From an uncultured Verrucomicrobiota bacterium (GTDB taxonomy: Bacteria > Verrucomicrobiota > Verrucomicrobiia > Opitutales > UBA9783): a stretch of 64,000 nt of DNA. Each line of letters begins with the position of its first letter. The stretch's first letter is position 1. The DNA is taken from the NCBI GenBank assembly GCA_902495005.1, contig CABUVL010000002.1, positions 121,819 to 185,818 on the forward strand, written 5' to 3'. The position numbers and the translations under genes are program-made. The notes under the pieces were generated by a model. That model worked only from the letters and a program-made list of their open reading frames with translations, did no database searches and was not told where the DNA came from. Positions 1-10,131 of this stretch are shown in pieces.

Positions 1-1
1 A

Positions 2-634
2 TTAAAGAATGGGGAGTGCGAGGAAGCCGTATTTGATGTTGTAAATCGCTTTTTATCTGAAGGTAAAAATGAAGAAGCGCGCCAAATTTTGTATTGGATT
101 GTACAGCAGGAGTTGATGTTTAAGCCGGAAGTGCGTTATTTCGCGAGCAAGCATTTGGGCTTGCGCTATTATCGAAGCGAAAATTATAAGGAAGCTTCCG
201 TTTGGTTCTTGCGTGCTTTGCGTATCTTTAAGCACGTTGTTCAGCAAAAATATCCACTTGTTGTTACAAAAAATTTATTAACTAGGTTTAAAAACTTTCC
301 TCCTAGTTCTTGGTTGCTTCCTTTTAATGACGATATTGCTTATTTCCTTAATGCGGTGGAGCTTGAAAAAAGAAATTGCTCTGATGATGCTTATCCCATA
401 TACGTCAGTTTCATCGAGGATAAGGATTCTTGTGCATTGGTATTTCGATATTTGTCAGAAAAGCGCCTTGGAAAATATTATTATCGTTGTGGAGGTGATG
501 AGGATTACCAACAAGCCTCGAAATTTTTCTTAGAGGCATTAGGTGACCTTTCGCAAATTTTAAACGAAGGGACGGAGTACTTGTGGTCATTTGCAATCCC
601 CGCTGTAGATTTGTCAACAAACCTTGTTTTATAA
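2..634 (+). CDS. TPR/Sel1-like repeat protein, C-terminal part (5' end lies upstream of the window)
   Basis: The frame is open from base 2 to the stop at 632-634. The track start at 89 is TTG and there is no upstream in-frame stop. Helical repeat units recur (EEARQILYWI, YKEASVWFLRAL, YQQASKFFLEAL), as in TPR/Sel1 repeats. Confidence 0.6.
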   Translation, partial: LKNGECEEAVFDVVNRFLSEGKNEEARQILYWIVQQELMFKPEVRYFASKHLGLRYYRSENYKEASVWFLRALRIFKHVVQQKYPLVVTKNLLTRFKNFPPSSWLLPFNDDIAYFLNAVELEKRNCSDDAYPIYVSFIEDKDSCALVFRYLSEKRLGKYYYRCGGDEDYQQASKFFLEALGDLSQILNEGTEYLWSFAIPAVDLSTNLVL

Positions 635-673
635 AGCTTTAGTAGAATTATAACAATCAAAATACCTATAACT

Positions 674-1054
674 ATGATTAGCCCTATTAATACGAATATC
701 TCGACCGGATCGATCGCCTATCAAGAAGAATTAAACAACTTGGCGAAACAAGCTGAAAATGTCACTGTGCAGAAGAAAGATCCGTTAAAAGCGCCCACAC
801 AGGATGTTGCCAGGACCGCTCAGGTTTCGAGCGATATTGCGGTAAGTAACGATGCCGTCGGCCCTTTGAAAAAACCCGTGAGCCAATTGGTGGTGGAAAA
901 TTCATCTCGTGATTATGACCGAGAAGAACGCATAAAATCTGATTTTCAGTTAAAGCGAGACATTGGCAGTGTGGATGCCCAAAGTGCCATTGGCACCACT
1001 GTCAATGAGGGAATGCCCAGCTCCGAAATCAACGCAAAAACGAAGGCCGAATAA
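674..1054 (+). CDS. hypothetical protein (polar, no TM, no signal peptide)
   Basis: 126-aa ORF with an ATG start, co-directional with its neighbour. No clear Shine-Dalgarno and no recognisable motif. Confidence 0.35.
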   Translation: MISPINTNISTGSIAYQEELNNLAKQAENVTVQKKDPLKAPTQDVARTAQVSSDIAVSNDAVGPLKKPVSQLVVENSSRDYDREERIKSDFQLKRDIGSVDAQSAIGTTVNEGMPSSEINAKTKAE

Positions 1055-1629
1055 TTTTTCTGCGTTTCTTTTTAGAAAATCTACGTTATTTTTCAGCGAC
1101 GAGATATTTAATTAGATTTTGTCGCTGCCCTCGGATGTTGGGCCGCTTTATTCGCTTGAGTTTTTTTATTTTATAAGCCTATCGCATGCTGAGGATCGTT
1201 GTGATCGGCTTAGATGTAGACTTTTTTTTAGTGTTAAGCGGGATAGTGTTGTGATGACAGCTTTAATTTTGTGTGCTTATTGAACTTAGGACTCCAATTA
1301 TAAAAGCATATGGGGTGTCACGGATGAGTAAAGTGCACTATTTTTCGGCTGTTGAAAATTGCAAATTGTCAACCTGTTGTGTGTTTTTTTATCTGCACTC
1401 TTAAAAATCAAGTATGAACCTGTGTGATCCATGGAGTTTATTTGAATGTGCTTAATGCATTGATTTTTTGTGGAAATTGAAAATGGAGACTTTACGGATT
1501 GTTTATTTTCCTTTTTGTGGCAATTGGAGATGGACCGGCTTTGATTTGATGGTGTCAATGTTTTTATAAAGAAGAACTTATTAGCTTGTATTCCCGCTCC
1601 ACTTATATTTCTATACAAAGTTAAAGACC

Positions 1630-2859
1630 GTGAGTGTTTTTTTACAATGGCTTTCATTGAGATATCGCAAGTTGCTTGAATTGAGAAAGCAAGGGGCGGC
1701 TTTCATGTGGATTAACCCGCTGATTGTGTTTATATTGAGCTTGTTAGGCATTGCTTTTATGTACGCGGTACAAAGTGGAAGTACGCAGCATGTGAAGTGG
1801 AAGTCGCAGTTGGTTTGGATGCTTTTGGGCTCTTGCGTCTATTACGGTGTATCGAGCATCCATTACAAAATTTTTTTGCAGACGGCGCATTGGTTTTACG
1901 CGGGATCAATTGCGTGTTTACTGCTGTTGTGGACGCCCTTGGGACAGACCTTGGGAGGCAGCCGCCGTTGGATCAAAATCTTCGGCTTGGGGCTTCAGCC
2001 CTCCGATTTGAGTACACTCTCTACTTTGTTGATTGTCGCGAGCTTGTTAACACGTTCGAAGATGTCATCCTTTTTGGAATCCATCCATACTTTGATTAAA
2101 ATTGCCCTCTGCAGTGGGCTTTCTTTTTTATTGATTTTCATTCAACCGGATTTGGGGTCGGCGATGGTATTGCCGTGTATCGTTTTTTCATTACTGTTTA
2201 TTTCACGTTTGTCGTTGAGGTTCTTTTTTGTGACGAGCATTGTTTCTGTTTTTGTCGTGGGAATTATTGCGCTGGATGCTTATGCGTACTTTTTACAAAC
2301 GAAAACGGCAAATGCAAGCTCGGGGCAATTTATTAAGCCATTTTTACCACTGCGAGATTACCAACGTAAACGCATTTTAGCATTTGCGGCGCCTTCCAGT
2401 GTTGATCCGTACGGGGTGCACATTGGTTGGCACTTGAAACAGTCGTTGATCGCCATTGGCTCCGGCGGCGTGTGGGGAAAGGGCTGGACGAAGAACACGC
2501 AGGCTCAATTGGGCTATCTCCCCAAGGCCGCTTCGTTGAATGATTTTATTTTTTCCGTACTGGCGGAAGAGACGGGGCTCGTGGGTTCGTTATTTGTACT
2601 GGCATTGTACATGTTATTAATTTTAAATACATTTCGTATTGCCTCGCTGTCAAAAGATCGTTTTGGTTGTTATTTATCGGTGGGTGTTGCCATTTTACTG
2701 TTAACACACGTCTGGATTAACATTGGTATGACACTTGGAATTATGCCAATTACAGGTTTGCCCTTACCATTTTTAAGCTATGGAGGATCCTTCATGTTAG
2801 TTTGTTTTTTTAGTCAAGGCATTGTACAAAGCGTGTACCGATTCAGATTTGCCGAATGA
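1630..2859 (+). CDS. rodA: SEDS-family peptidoglycan glycosyltransferase RodA/FtsW
   Basis: Multi-TM protein with conserved SEDS blocks: GSGGVWGKGW, LPKAASLNDFIFSVLAEETGLVGS, MPITGLPLPFLSYGGS. GTG start at 1630. An alternative ATG at 1705 has an AAGGGG SD 8 nt upstream. Confidence 0.9.
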   Translation: MSVFLQWLSLRYRKLLELRKQGAAFMWINPLIVFILSLLGIAFMYAVQSGSTQHVKWKSQLVWMLLGSCVYYGVSSIHYKIFLQTAHWFYAGSIACLLLLWTPLGQTLGGSRRWIKIFGLGLQPSDLSTLSTLLIVASLLTRSKMSSFLESIHTLIKIALCSGLSFLLIFIQPDLGSAMVLPCIVFSLLFISRLSLRFFFVTSIVSVFVVGIIALDAYAYFLQTKTANASSGQFIKPFLPLRDYQRKRILAFAAPSSVDPYGVHIGWHLKQSLIAIGSGGVWGKGWTKNTQAQLGYLPKAASLNDFIFSVLAEETGLVGSLFVLALYMLLILNTFRIASLSKDRFGCYLSVGVAILLLTHVWINIGMTLGIMPITGLPLPFLSYGGSFMLVCFFSQGIVQSVYRFRFAE

Positions 2860-2882
2860 ATAGTTAATTTATTGAATATAAA

Positions 2883-4592
2883 ATGATAGATTTTAAACGT
2901 AAAAAACCGGTGGATGGCGTTAAATTAGCGCCAAAGAAGGTGAATAACGATATACTTGTAAACCCTGAAACACTTAAAAGTGACGCTGATTCGCGTGCGA
3001 AAGAACAGAGCTTTTTCCAAAAGATTCTCAACTTGTTTAAAAAAGACAAGCATTATTATGAGATGGTTATCAATGGCATTTTACCCGAAAAGAGGGTGGC
3101 CATGCTCTGTGATGGTCTTTTGGAAAATTTGGACATCGAGTCGCAATCCTCAGAGCACATGGTGGGCGCTATATTTAAAGGAAAAATCCAAAATTTAGAG
3201 CCGGGGCTAAAGGCTGCTTTTGTGGATATTGGGCAGGACAAAAATGCTTTTCTACATTATTGGGACATATTGCCACTCGTGAATGGAGAGGGCTTTAACG
3301 AAACGGATCGGGACGAGGGTATTGAGGTTGTTCATCGGAATACGCCGAATAATAAGCCCAAGGTCGGTGTTCAAGAAATTCCCAACTTGTTCCCCATCGG
3401 CTCGGACATTATGGTGCAGGTGACCAAAAGTCAAATTGGAACCAAAGGGCCGCGGACCACGACCAATATTTCACTGGCAGGACGTTACTTGGTATTGACA
3501 CCTTATTCCAATCAATGTGGTATTTCGCGAAAGATAGAGGATGGTAAGGAGCGTGAACGTCTAAAGAAGTTTCTCAAGAAAATGGCCATTCCGATGGGCA
3601 TGGGCATTATTTTTAGGACGGCGAGCGCGGGTAATTCCATCAAGCAATTTACGCGAGATCTTCAATTTCTACTTGAGACGTGGCAAACGATTCAGAATAA
3701 GGCCAATGCGAGTAGAAAACCTTGCTTGTTGTATCACGAGCCCAGTTTAATTGAACGTACCGTCAGGGACTTTTTAACGGAAGACATTGATCGCATCCTC
3801 GTTGATAATGAGACGGATCACGCGCTTATTAGCAATTTGGTCAAAAAGATTGCGCCCCATGTTCAGAATAAAATTGTATTGTTTCAGGATTCGATTCCTA
3901 TTTTTGACCGTTTTAATATAGAACCGCAGATCGAACAAACCTTTGCCAGCCGTTTTCCTTTGCCGTCCGGTGGGGAAATTGTCATACAAGAAACGGAGGC
4001 TTTAACCTCGATTGATGTCAATACGTCTTCGCACAGGAGCATTGACAATGAGGCCGCTCACTTCATCTTTCAGGCAAACATAGAGGCCGCGAAAGAAATT
4101 GCACGTCAGGTCAGATTGCGCAATATCGGTGGCTTGATTATTGTTGACTTCATCGATATGAAACACAGCAAGGACCGTCGCTTGCTGCATCAGTTTGTAC
4201 AGAATGAATTTGCCAAGGATAAGGCGAAGTCGAATGTTTTGCCAATTTCTGCCTTGGGTATTATGCAAATTTCTCGTCAACGTCATAGGGAAAGCTTTTT
4301 AAGCCGCTTGTATTCTCCTTGCCCTTATTGCAATGGTGAGGGTGTGCTGAAGTCGTATCACAATTTAACAATGCGCCTGCAGAGGGAAATTTTCAGTTTT
4401 TGGCTTAGCCGTAAAGAGCATCAAGAGACCCATTTGAAAATACGACTGCATCCGCGCTTGTATCAGTACATTCAAGAGTCTTGTAAGGCGGAATTTAGTG
4501 CCCTGGGCAAGCAATTGAACGTTAACTTGCAATTTGTGACCGACGACAACTTGCACCTGGAAACTTTTAAGTTGGAAAAAGTAAGAGATTAA
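2883..4592 (+). CDS. rng: ribonuclease G/E family (Rne/Rng)
   Basis: S1 domain [32 protein letters not shown]. Catalytic block SIDVNTSS...[22 protein letters not shown]. Zn-link-like CPYCNGEG. Confidence 0.9.
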   Translation: MIDFKRKKPVDGVKLAPKKVNNDILVNPETLKSDADSRAKEQSFFQKILNLFKKDKHYYEMVINGILPEKRVAMLCDGLLENLDIESQSSEHMVGAIFKGKIQNLEPGLKAAFVDIGQDKNAFLHYWDILPLVNGEGFNETDRDEGIEVVHRNTPNNKPKVGVQEIPNLFPIGSDIMVQVTKSQIGTKGPRTTTNISLAGRYLVLTPYSNQCGISRKIEDGKERERLKKFLKKMAIPMGMGIIFRTASAGNSIKQFTRDLQFLLETWQTIQNKANASRKPCLLYHEPSLIERTVRDFLTEDIDRILVDNETDHALISNLVKKIAPHVQNKIVLFQDSIPIFDRFNIEPQIEQTFASRFPLPSGGEIVIQETEALTSIDVNTSSHRSIDNEAAHFIFQANIEAAKEIARQVRLRNIGGLIIVDFIDMKHSKDRRLLHQFVQNEFAKDKAKSNVLPISALGIMQISRQRHRESFLSRLYSPCPYCNGEGVLKSYHNLTMRLQREIFSFWLSRKEHQETHLKIRLHPRLYQYIQESCKAEFSALGKQLNVNLQFVTDDNLHLETFKLEKVRD

Positions 4593-4633
4593 TATTTACA
4601 AGCGTTTATTCGAAAAGTATACTACAACTACTT

Positions 4634-5659
4634 ATGAAAACAAGGATTGGAATTAATGGTTTTGGTCGCATTGGACGTTTAGTTTTTCGTGCAATGGTTG
4701 AACAAGGTCTCTTGGAAAAGGATTTCGAAGTCGTTGCTATCAATGACTTGGTAAGTGCCGATAATCTCGCTTACTTGTTGAAATATGATTCCACACAAGG
4801 AAAATTTTCGGGTTCGGTTGAGGCAGAGGGTGACGATGTTTTAGTGGTCAACGGCCACCGAATTAAGTGCTTGGCAATCAAAGAGGGCCCTGCAGCTTTG
4901 CCGTGGAAAGATCTTAACGTTGATATTGTCGTTGAATCAACGGGCTTATTTACAAGCTCAGATAAGGCGCAAGGCCACTTGACGGCGGGAGCGAAGAAGG
5001 TGTTGATCACTGCGCCTGCAAAGGGAGATAACGTTCGTACGGTGGTTATGGGCGTCAATGACCATGAATTGTCAAAATCGGATACAATCATCTCCAACGC
5101 CTCCTGCACAACGAATTGCTTGGCACCTATCACCAAGGTTATTTTGGAAAATTTTGGCATTGAAGAAGGCCTTATGACGACCGTTCACAGCTACACGTCA
5201 ACCCAAAAAACGGTAGATGGCCCTTCCAGGAAGGATTGGAAAGGTGGACGTACGGCGGCCATTAATATTATTCCTTCAACAACAGGTGCCGCTAAAGCCG
5301 TTGGATTGGTCTTGCCGGCTGTTAAAGGCAAATTGACGGGTATGTCCTTCCGCGTGCCGACCCCTACAGTATCTGTGGTCGATCTCACGGTAAAAACGAC
5401 CAAGTCTACGTCTTACGCCGAGATTTGCGAAAAAATGAAAGAGGCTTCCCAAGGTGCACTGAAAGGAATTTTGGGTTACACGACGGATGAGGTTGTTTCG
5501 AGCGATTTTATCCACGATTCGCACTCGTCCTTTTTCGATGCAGGTTCAGGCATTGAGTTGAATGACAGATTCTTTAAATTGGTCAGCTGGTACGACAATG
5601 AATGGGGTTACAGTAACCGTTGTGTGGATGTAATTCGCAAGTTGTCAAAGTTGTTGTAA
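4634..5659 (+). CDS. gap: type I glyceraldehyde-3-phosphate dehydrogenase
   Basis: N-terminal [13 protein letters not shown] Rossmann motif, active site [12 protein letters not shown], and C-terminal WYDNEWGYS. Confidence 0.97.
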   Translation: MKTRIGINGFGRIGRLVFRAMVEQGLLEKDFEVVAINDLVSADNLAYLLKYDSTQGKFSGSVEAEGDDVLVVNGHRIKCLAIKEGPAALPWKDLNVDIVVESTGLFTSSDKAQGHLTAGAKKVLITAPAKGDNVRTVVMGVNDHELSKSDTIISNASCTTNCLAPITKVILENFGIEEGLMTTVHSYTSTQKTVDGPSRKDWKGGRTAAINIIPSTTGAAKAVGLVLPAVKGKLTGMSFRVPTPTVSVVDLTVKTTKSTSYAEICEKMKEASQGALKGILGYTTDEVVSSDFIHDSHSSFFDAGSGIELNDRFFKLVSWYDNEWGYSNRCVDVIRKLSKLL

Positions 5660-5701
5660 TTTTTAGAATTATTTCCTTTTATTATTATTTAATAAAATGA
5701 T

Positions 5702-5739
5702 GCGTAGGGCAAAGTGATTTTGCCCTACGCTATTTTTTA
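5702..5739 (+). terminator. rho-independent terminator after gap
   Basis: 12-bp perfect stem GCGTAGGGCAAA (5702-5713) / TTTGCCCTACGC (5719-5730), followed by TATTTTTT. Confidence 0.8.
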
Positions 5740-5990
5740 TTGGGTAGCTGGAGTAAAAGCGTAGCGCTAGGGTGATTTGAGTGGCCTCTGTCTGCGGAAA
5801 TCGCCAACAGGTGCGAAATTGGATGCATTTAATTGAATAACGTGATTGGAATTGATCATTTGACTGCGTATTAACGTTCATTGATTTTATCTGTGGAAAT
5901 GTGGTAAGGACGCGAACGAATTATAAAAAGTGACAGAATTTTCTTTACAAATGTAGTAATAAAGATCAGTTAAATTGGCTTTAACCATTT

Positions 5991-6479
5991 ATGTTAAAAG
6001 TTATGAGAACAAAGACGAAAAAATCTGTGTGTAAAATGAAAACTCTATTAATGCCGATGGCACTGTTGTGCAGTAGCTTGTTAAATGCAGAAGTGGTGGG
6101 ACGTTATGACGGCGAAGATCTGCAAATAGAGGGAGGAAATGATCGCGGACAAATTGAGCGCATTGAATTTGAAGGAGAAGTAACGAGCATAGGGAATATG
6201 GCTTTTAGCGATTGTAGTGCCTTGAAGAGTATTACTATCCCGAACTCTGTGAAGAGCATAGGGAATTGGGCTTTTGAGGGCTGTAAGTCCTTGACGAGTA
6301 TTGAAATCCCGGATTCTGTAACGAGCATAGGATATGAGGCTTTTATGGGCTGTTGGGCCTTGGAGAGTATTACCATACCAGATTCTGTAAATAGCATAGG
6401 AGATGATGCTTTTTTGGGCTGTGATTCTTTGAGGAGTATCAAACTTCCGGCAGGATTTCAGGACAAAAAAATAGATTAA
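5991..6479 (+). CDS. small secreted BspA-type leucine-rich-repeat (LRR_5-like) protein
   Basis: Signal peptide MKTLLMPMALLCSSLLNA, then four consecutive 23-aa units of the form VxSIGxxAFxxCxxLxSIxIPxS. An alternative start is ATG 6036. Confidence 0.8.
   Translation: MLKVMRTKTKKSVCKMKTLLMPMALLCSSLLNAEVVGRYDGEDLQIEGGNDRGQIERIEFEGEVTSIGNMAFSDCSALKSITIPNSVKSIGNWAFEGCKSLTSIEIPDSVTSIGYEAFMGCWALESITIPDSVNSIGDDAFLGCDSLRSIKLPAGFQDKKID
6180..6455 (+). repeat. 4 x 69-bp in-frame tandem repeat (coding LRR units)
   Basis: Units VTSIGNMAFSDCSALKSITIPNS / VKSIGNWAFEGCKSLTSIEIPDS / VTSIGYEAFMGCWALESITIPDS / VNSIGDDAFLGCDSLRSIKLPAG. The similarity is also visible at the DNA level (agcatagg...gctttt...). Confidence 0.85.
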
Positions 6480-6538
6480 GAATTCCCTCAGCTTGTACGG
6501 TTGAGTACAGTAAATAAAGTGGTTTAAATGTTTTTAAA

Positions 6539-6569
6539 GGGGTCAGTGGCGCTGCTGCTGGCCTCTTTT
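6539..6569 (+). terminator. candidate intrinsic terminator after the LRR gene
   Basis: 8-bp stem with two G-U pairs, GGGGTCAG (6539-6546) / CTGGCCTC (6558-6565), an 11-nt loop, then TTTT. Confidence 0.4.
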
Positions 6570-6759
6570 GCTATGTTAGTTAAAACGTATCGCGAGCTCG
6601 GTGTTTAAATAGGGAGGAGAGGCAAATGCCTTTTGCAATCATTTGAGCACACATCTTTGTACATGCCTTTTGAGCCCTGAAGTGACAGATAAAATTTGTT
6701 TTTTTACATGACTTGATAAAAAGGTTGAAATCGAGCGAGTAATCCTTCATGATAGACGT

Positions 6760-7209
6760 ATGTCGAGATACAATATAAATAGGAAGTGCGGCGGGTTTTC
6801 TTTAATAGAAATTTTGATTGCCCTGGCATTAATGGGAATGATTCTGGGATTAATTGTGGTTAATTCCGAATCCATTTTCGGCGGTGGCCAGAAGAAAGTT
6901 GCCGGTTTATTCGTTACAAAAGTGGTGGATGTCCCATTGATGGCTTATCGGGCGCATGTGGGAAATTATCCGTCCACAGAGGAGGGCCTGCAAGCGTTGC
7001 TCGTGGCACCCTCAGGTAAATCGGGTCGTTGGCAAGGCCCTTACATTAAAACGAAAGATGACCTCGTAGATCCGTGGGGTAATCCGTACCAATATCGTTA
7101 TCCTGGTTCTCATAACAAGAACAGTTATGATATTTGGTCCATGGGCCCGGGCGGACAAAGTGGAGACAGCGATGATATCGGAAATTGGAAGGACAGCTCC
7201 GAAGATTAA
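6760..7209 (+). CDS. gspG: type II secretion major pseudopilin GspG
   Basis: Prepilin N-terminus GG/FSLIEILIALALMG and the GspG body motifs GNYPSTEEGLQALL, WQGPYI, DPWGNPYQY, SMGPGGQSG. Confidence 0.93.
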   Translation: MSRYNINRKCGGFSLIEILIALALMGMILGLIVVNSESIFGGGQKKVAGLFVTKVVDVPLMAYRAHVGNYPSTEEGLQALLVAPSGKSGRWQGPYIKTKDDLVDPWGNPYQYRYPGSHNKNSYDIWSMGPGGQSGDSDDIGNWKDSSED

Positions 7210-7229
7210 TCGAGTCCAGTAGAGATCCC

Positions 7230-7736
7230 ATGGCCAGTCCCTTGAAAGATGGTAAACACGCGTTTACTTTGGTGGAATTGTTGCTCGTTTTGGCCTTGTT
7301 CGGCCTACTTTCTAGTTTGGCTGTTTTTCATTTTGATAAAATCCAAATGGCGTTCGAAAGCTATAAGGGCAATCCGGTGTGGATCTTAAAACAAGGAATT
7401 CAAAAGATGCGCTTCTTGGCTTCACAGGGGCACCGAGATGTACGCTTGGAGTGGACGGAACAAGGCTTGCAACTTACAGATGAAAATGCTGAGCTCATTG
7501 AATCCTTCGCATTTCCTAAGTCCTTTAATGCAAACGATGTTACTGTCGAATTTTACAAGGGAGAGTACTCCGATAAAGGAAGTCCGCGTATAACGCACCA
7601 AAAACTGAGCTCTTTAATGGCCCTGCAAGACGCCTCTTTAATGAACGCTTACATAAAGGTAAAATGGCACGATATGACGGACTTATTCCGTGTGGATAGC
7701 TTGACGGGGGGACTGGTAAGTGCAGAAGTCTTGTAA
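7230..7736 (+). CDS. minor pseudopilin, GspH-like
   Basis: Prepilin-type N-terminus KHA/FTLVELLLVLALFGLLSSLAV. Sits second in the pseudopilin row. The track ORF starts at 7185; ATG 7230 avoids overlap with gspG. Confidence 0.7.
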   Translation: MASPLKDGKHAFTLVELLLVLALFGLLSSLAVFHFDKIQMAFESYKGNPVWILKQGIQKMRFLASQGHRDVRLEWTEQGLQLTDENAELIESFAFPKSFNANDVTVEFYKGEYSDKGSPRITHQKLSSLMALQDASLMNAYIKVKWHDMTDLFRVDSLTGGLVSAEVL

Positions 7737-8154
7737 AAGGGCCTTTACATTAATTGAAGTGGTGGTCGCCTTGTCACTGTTTGCCGTTTCAATTCTTCTG
7801 CTTTCGCAGGGTTTTATCAACGGATTGATGTGTAAACGCACTTTATTTTCAAATTCACCTCGCGCATTATATTTTGATGTGGTCCGTTGTTCGCTTGGCA
7901 AACTGAAGAGAGATCAGGTCGCCTCGTCGCATTCTTTTTATCTGCCAGATCGTAGCGAGGAATCCGTTCAATGGTCGGGTGCGGTGGAAACGACGCCATT
8001 TTTGGGACTTTATCGGATCGCGGTTAAATTTAAAGGGGACGAGGAATCGTATGATTTTTACATGCGCCGTAAAGATTGGATTACACAGTCAGAGCAATTA
8101 CAATTGAGAAAATCTTTTGAGAATGACGTTGATACACATGATGAAGCATCGTAA
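7720..8154 (+). CDS. minor pseudopilin, GspI-like
   Basis: GTG start overlapping the previous stop. N-terminus KRA/FTLIEVVVALSLFAVSILLL. Size (144 aa) and position fit GspI. Confidence 0.7.
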   Translation: MQKSCKRAFTLIEVVVALSLFAVSILLLSQGFINGLMCKRTLFSNSPRALYFDVVRCSLGKLKRDQVASSHSFYLPDRSEESVQWSGAVETTPFLGLYRIAVKFKGDEESYDFYMRRKDWITQSEQLQLRKSFENDVDTHDEAS

Positions 8155-8911
8155 TTGCCGAAGACATCATCAGACGCTTGCCGGATTTACGCTGTTGGAA
8201 GTTATTTTGGCCTTAGGTCTGGGCGGATTGGTTCTGTCCACCTTGATGACGGTCTTTGTCAGCTTTGTTCAAGTTTGGAATGAGCCTGAAGAGCAGCGTT
8301 CGTTTTTTGAACACGTTGAAAATTGCACACGAATTTTGTCAATTCATTTGAATGATACGACCCCTTTGCTCGCACACGATGGGTGCGTAGGCTCACAATT
8401 TACCGCTTGTAAGTGCAACTTGAATGGGCTTGTCCTGTATGGTCTGGCCAAGCAGATGGCCGCTCCGTTTTTATTTTGTGAGGACAGCTACAGCCCCTGT
8501 GCAATGTTGTTGGGATACGATAAACATCAATTGTTTTGGCTGTGGCAAGGCCGTGCATTGGAACAAAAACGTTTCGGTTCGGGGATGGAAGAGACTCAAA
8601 ATGTAGTTACACACAAAATGATCCTGAGTGAGTGCATTAAGGAAATTCAATGCGCTTATTTAGATTTAGAAAAAGGGACTTGGCGCTTTGCGGATTGGTA
8701 CGATGGGCTTCGGAAGTCGGTGGAAGGTAAACGGGAAGAGGGACCTTGCCCGGAAGGCCTTTCTATAACATTTGAGAAAAATGGATGGGAGGAAAAGCGT
8801 TTTGTCCCGCTTTTAAGGCGTCATTTTTATCCTTTAGCTAAGCCATTGCCAAATCCATTGCCAAATAAAAAGGAAGTTCGCGATGAAAAGTCAACGTCAG
8901 CAAAATCGTAA
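8138..8911 (+). CDS. minor pseudopilin, GspJ-like
   Basis: N-terminus LAG/FTLLEVILALGLGGLVLSTLM. About 260 aa and fourth in the row. An alternative start lies at 8117. Confidence 0.7.
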   Translation: MMKHRNCRRHHQTLAGFTLLEVILALGLGGLVLSTLMTVFVSFVQVWNEPEEQRSFFEHVENCTRILSIHLNDTTPLLAHDGCVGSQFTACKCNLNGLVLYGLAKQMAAPFLFCEDSYSPCAMLLGYDKHQLFWLWQGRALEQKRFGSGMEETQNVVTHKMILSECIKEIQCAYLDLEKGTWRFADWYDGLRKSVEGKREEGPCPEGLSITFEKNGWEEKRFVPLLRRHFYPLAKPLPNPLPNKKEVRDEKSTSAKS

Positions 8912-10124
8912 TCAAGGGGCGATTCTCTTACTGGTCTTGGGCATGATTATGCTGCTCTCCAGCCTGGTGGTCATTTTTTTGAAAAATTTATCGCAAGAAA
9001 TGCAGGTTAAATCGCAGCTTGCAGGGGACGCGGAGTTAAAACATTACGCTTACAATGCGCTTAACGTCACGTGGTCCGGTTTGGAAGAAATTTTGGCGGT
9101 GCGTAGAGGCTTATTCAGCCCTTTACAGGGGTGGCCTCGTGTTTTGGAAATCTCGCGCATGGAAGTCCCTCAAGGGATAAGTATCAACGTAAATATTGAG
9201 GATGAATCGGGGAAAATCGCCCTGAATAATAATCAAGATAAAAAGCTATTAATGGGCCTGTTCGGCTTGTTTGGCAATTCATTCGAAGCGCAAGAGTTGA
9301 TGCAAGCTTACTTACAATGGTTGCGGCGTAAGCCTGTTGAAGTTGGTCTCATTGTGACTCTGCAGGCGCAAGAGCGTAGTAAAGAGAATGCCACCAAAGT
9401 TGAAGAGAAAAATAACGGAAAAGCCAACAATAACGTTGAAAAACGTTCAAATAATGGGAAACAAAGGCTCTCTACCGGCTTAAATAATTATCAACAATTG
9501 GCTGAAATAGAAGTATTTAGAAAGCGATTCTTTGAGGGGAAGGAGCATCGTAAGGATTTAGCCTTGTTGAAAAAGTGTACAACCTTGTGGGGGACGACAC
9601 CCGTTAACATTAATACCGCTTCATTGGACGTATTGAAATGTTTGAATAAAGCGTATCCAATGGATTTGGAACAGCTCGCTAATTTTTTGGGGAAGTCCGA
9701 ACAATTCCGCGGAAAAGCTAAGTACTACAAGTCCCTTCGTGAGATAAATGACAAGGGGCATGCGAATTTTACGATTGATAAGAACGTGGCGTCGGGGAAG
9801 ACGGATAAAAAGGATAAACAGAATGCCTTAGTGGGCGAAATTAACAAAAGTATAGGCGTAAATGCGCGTACCCTGTTGGTGGAAGTTGAAGTAAAAAAAG
9901 CGGATGTAAGCTTTCTGTTGTCCGCCATTTTTAATGTTTGTGGCTCCCAACCCGCTAATTCTATGAACCCGTCTGCCAATTCCGTGAAGAAAGAATCTGC
10001 GGCTCAAAAAAATACATTGACTGATAATGACAAAACGTTATATAATCAAACAACTCAGTTTAATAAAATTAAAGGTGTCGGTTTGGATCTAGTGTTGATG
10101 AAAGAGGGAAGAATAGAAGGGTAA
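8883..10124 (+). CDS. gspK: minor pseudopilin GspK-like
   Basis: Hydrophobic N-terminus GAILLLVLGMIMLLSSLVV lacking Glu+5, as in GspK. Helix-hairpin-helix-like motif TPVNINTASLDVLKCL, typical of GspK. Overlaps the gspJ-like stop. Confidence 0.75.
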   Translation: MKSQRQQNRNQGAILLLVLGMIMLLSSLVVIFLKNLSQEMQVKSQLAGDAELKHYAYNALNVTWSGLEEILAVRRGLFSPLQGWPRVLEISRMEVPQGISINVNIEDESGKIALNNNQDKKLLMGLFGLFGNSFEAQELMQAYLQWLRRKPVEVGLIVTLQAQERSKENATKVEEKNNGKANNNVEKRSNNGKQRLSTGLNNYQQLAEIEVFRKRFFEGKEHRKDLALLKKCTTLWGTTPVNINTASLDVLKCLNKAYPMDLEQLANFLGKSEQFRGKAKYYKSLREINDKGHANFTIDKNVASGKTDKKDKQNALVGEINKSIGVNARTLLVEVEVKKADVSFLLSAIFNVCGSQPANSMNPSANSVKKESAAQKNTLTDNDKTLYNQTTQFNKIKGVGLDLVLMKEGRIEG

Positions 10125-10131
10125 GTATTGC

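Noticed and set aside
1298-1657. 119-aa minus-strand ORF in the rodA upstream spacer.
   Set aside because: It has no SD and Lys/Asn/Ser-rich low-complexity content. It overlaps the rodA start and has no recognisable motif. It is treated as non-coding spacer.
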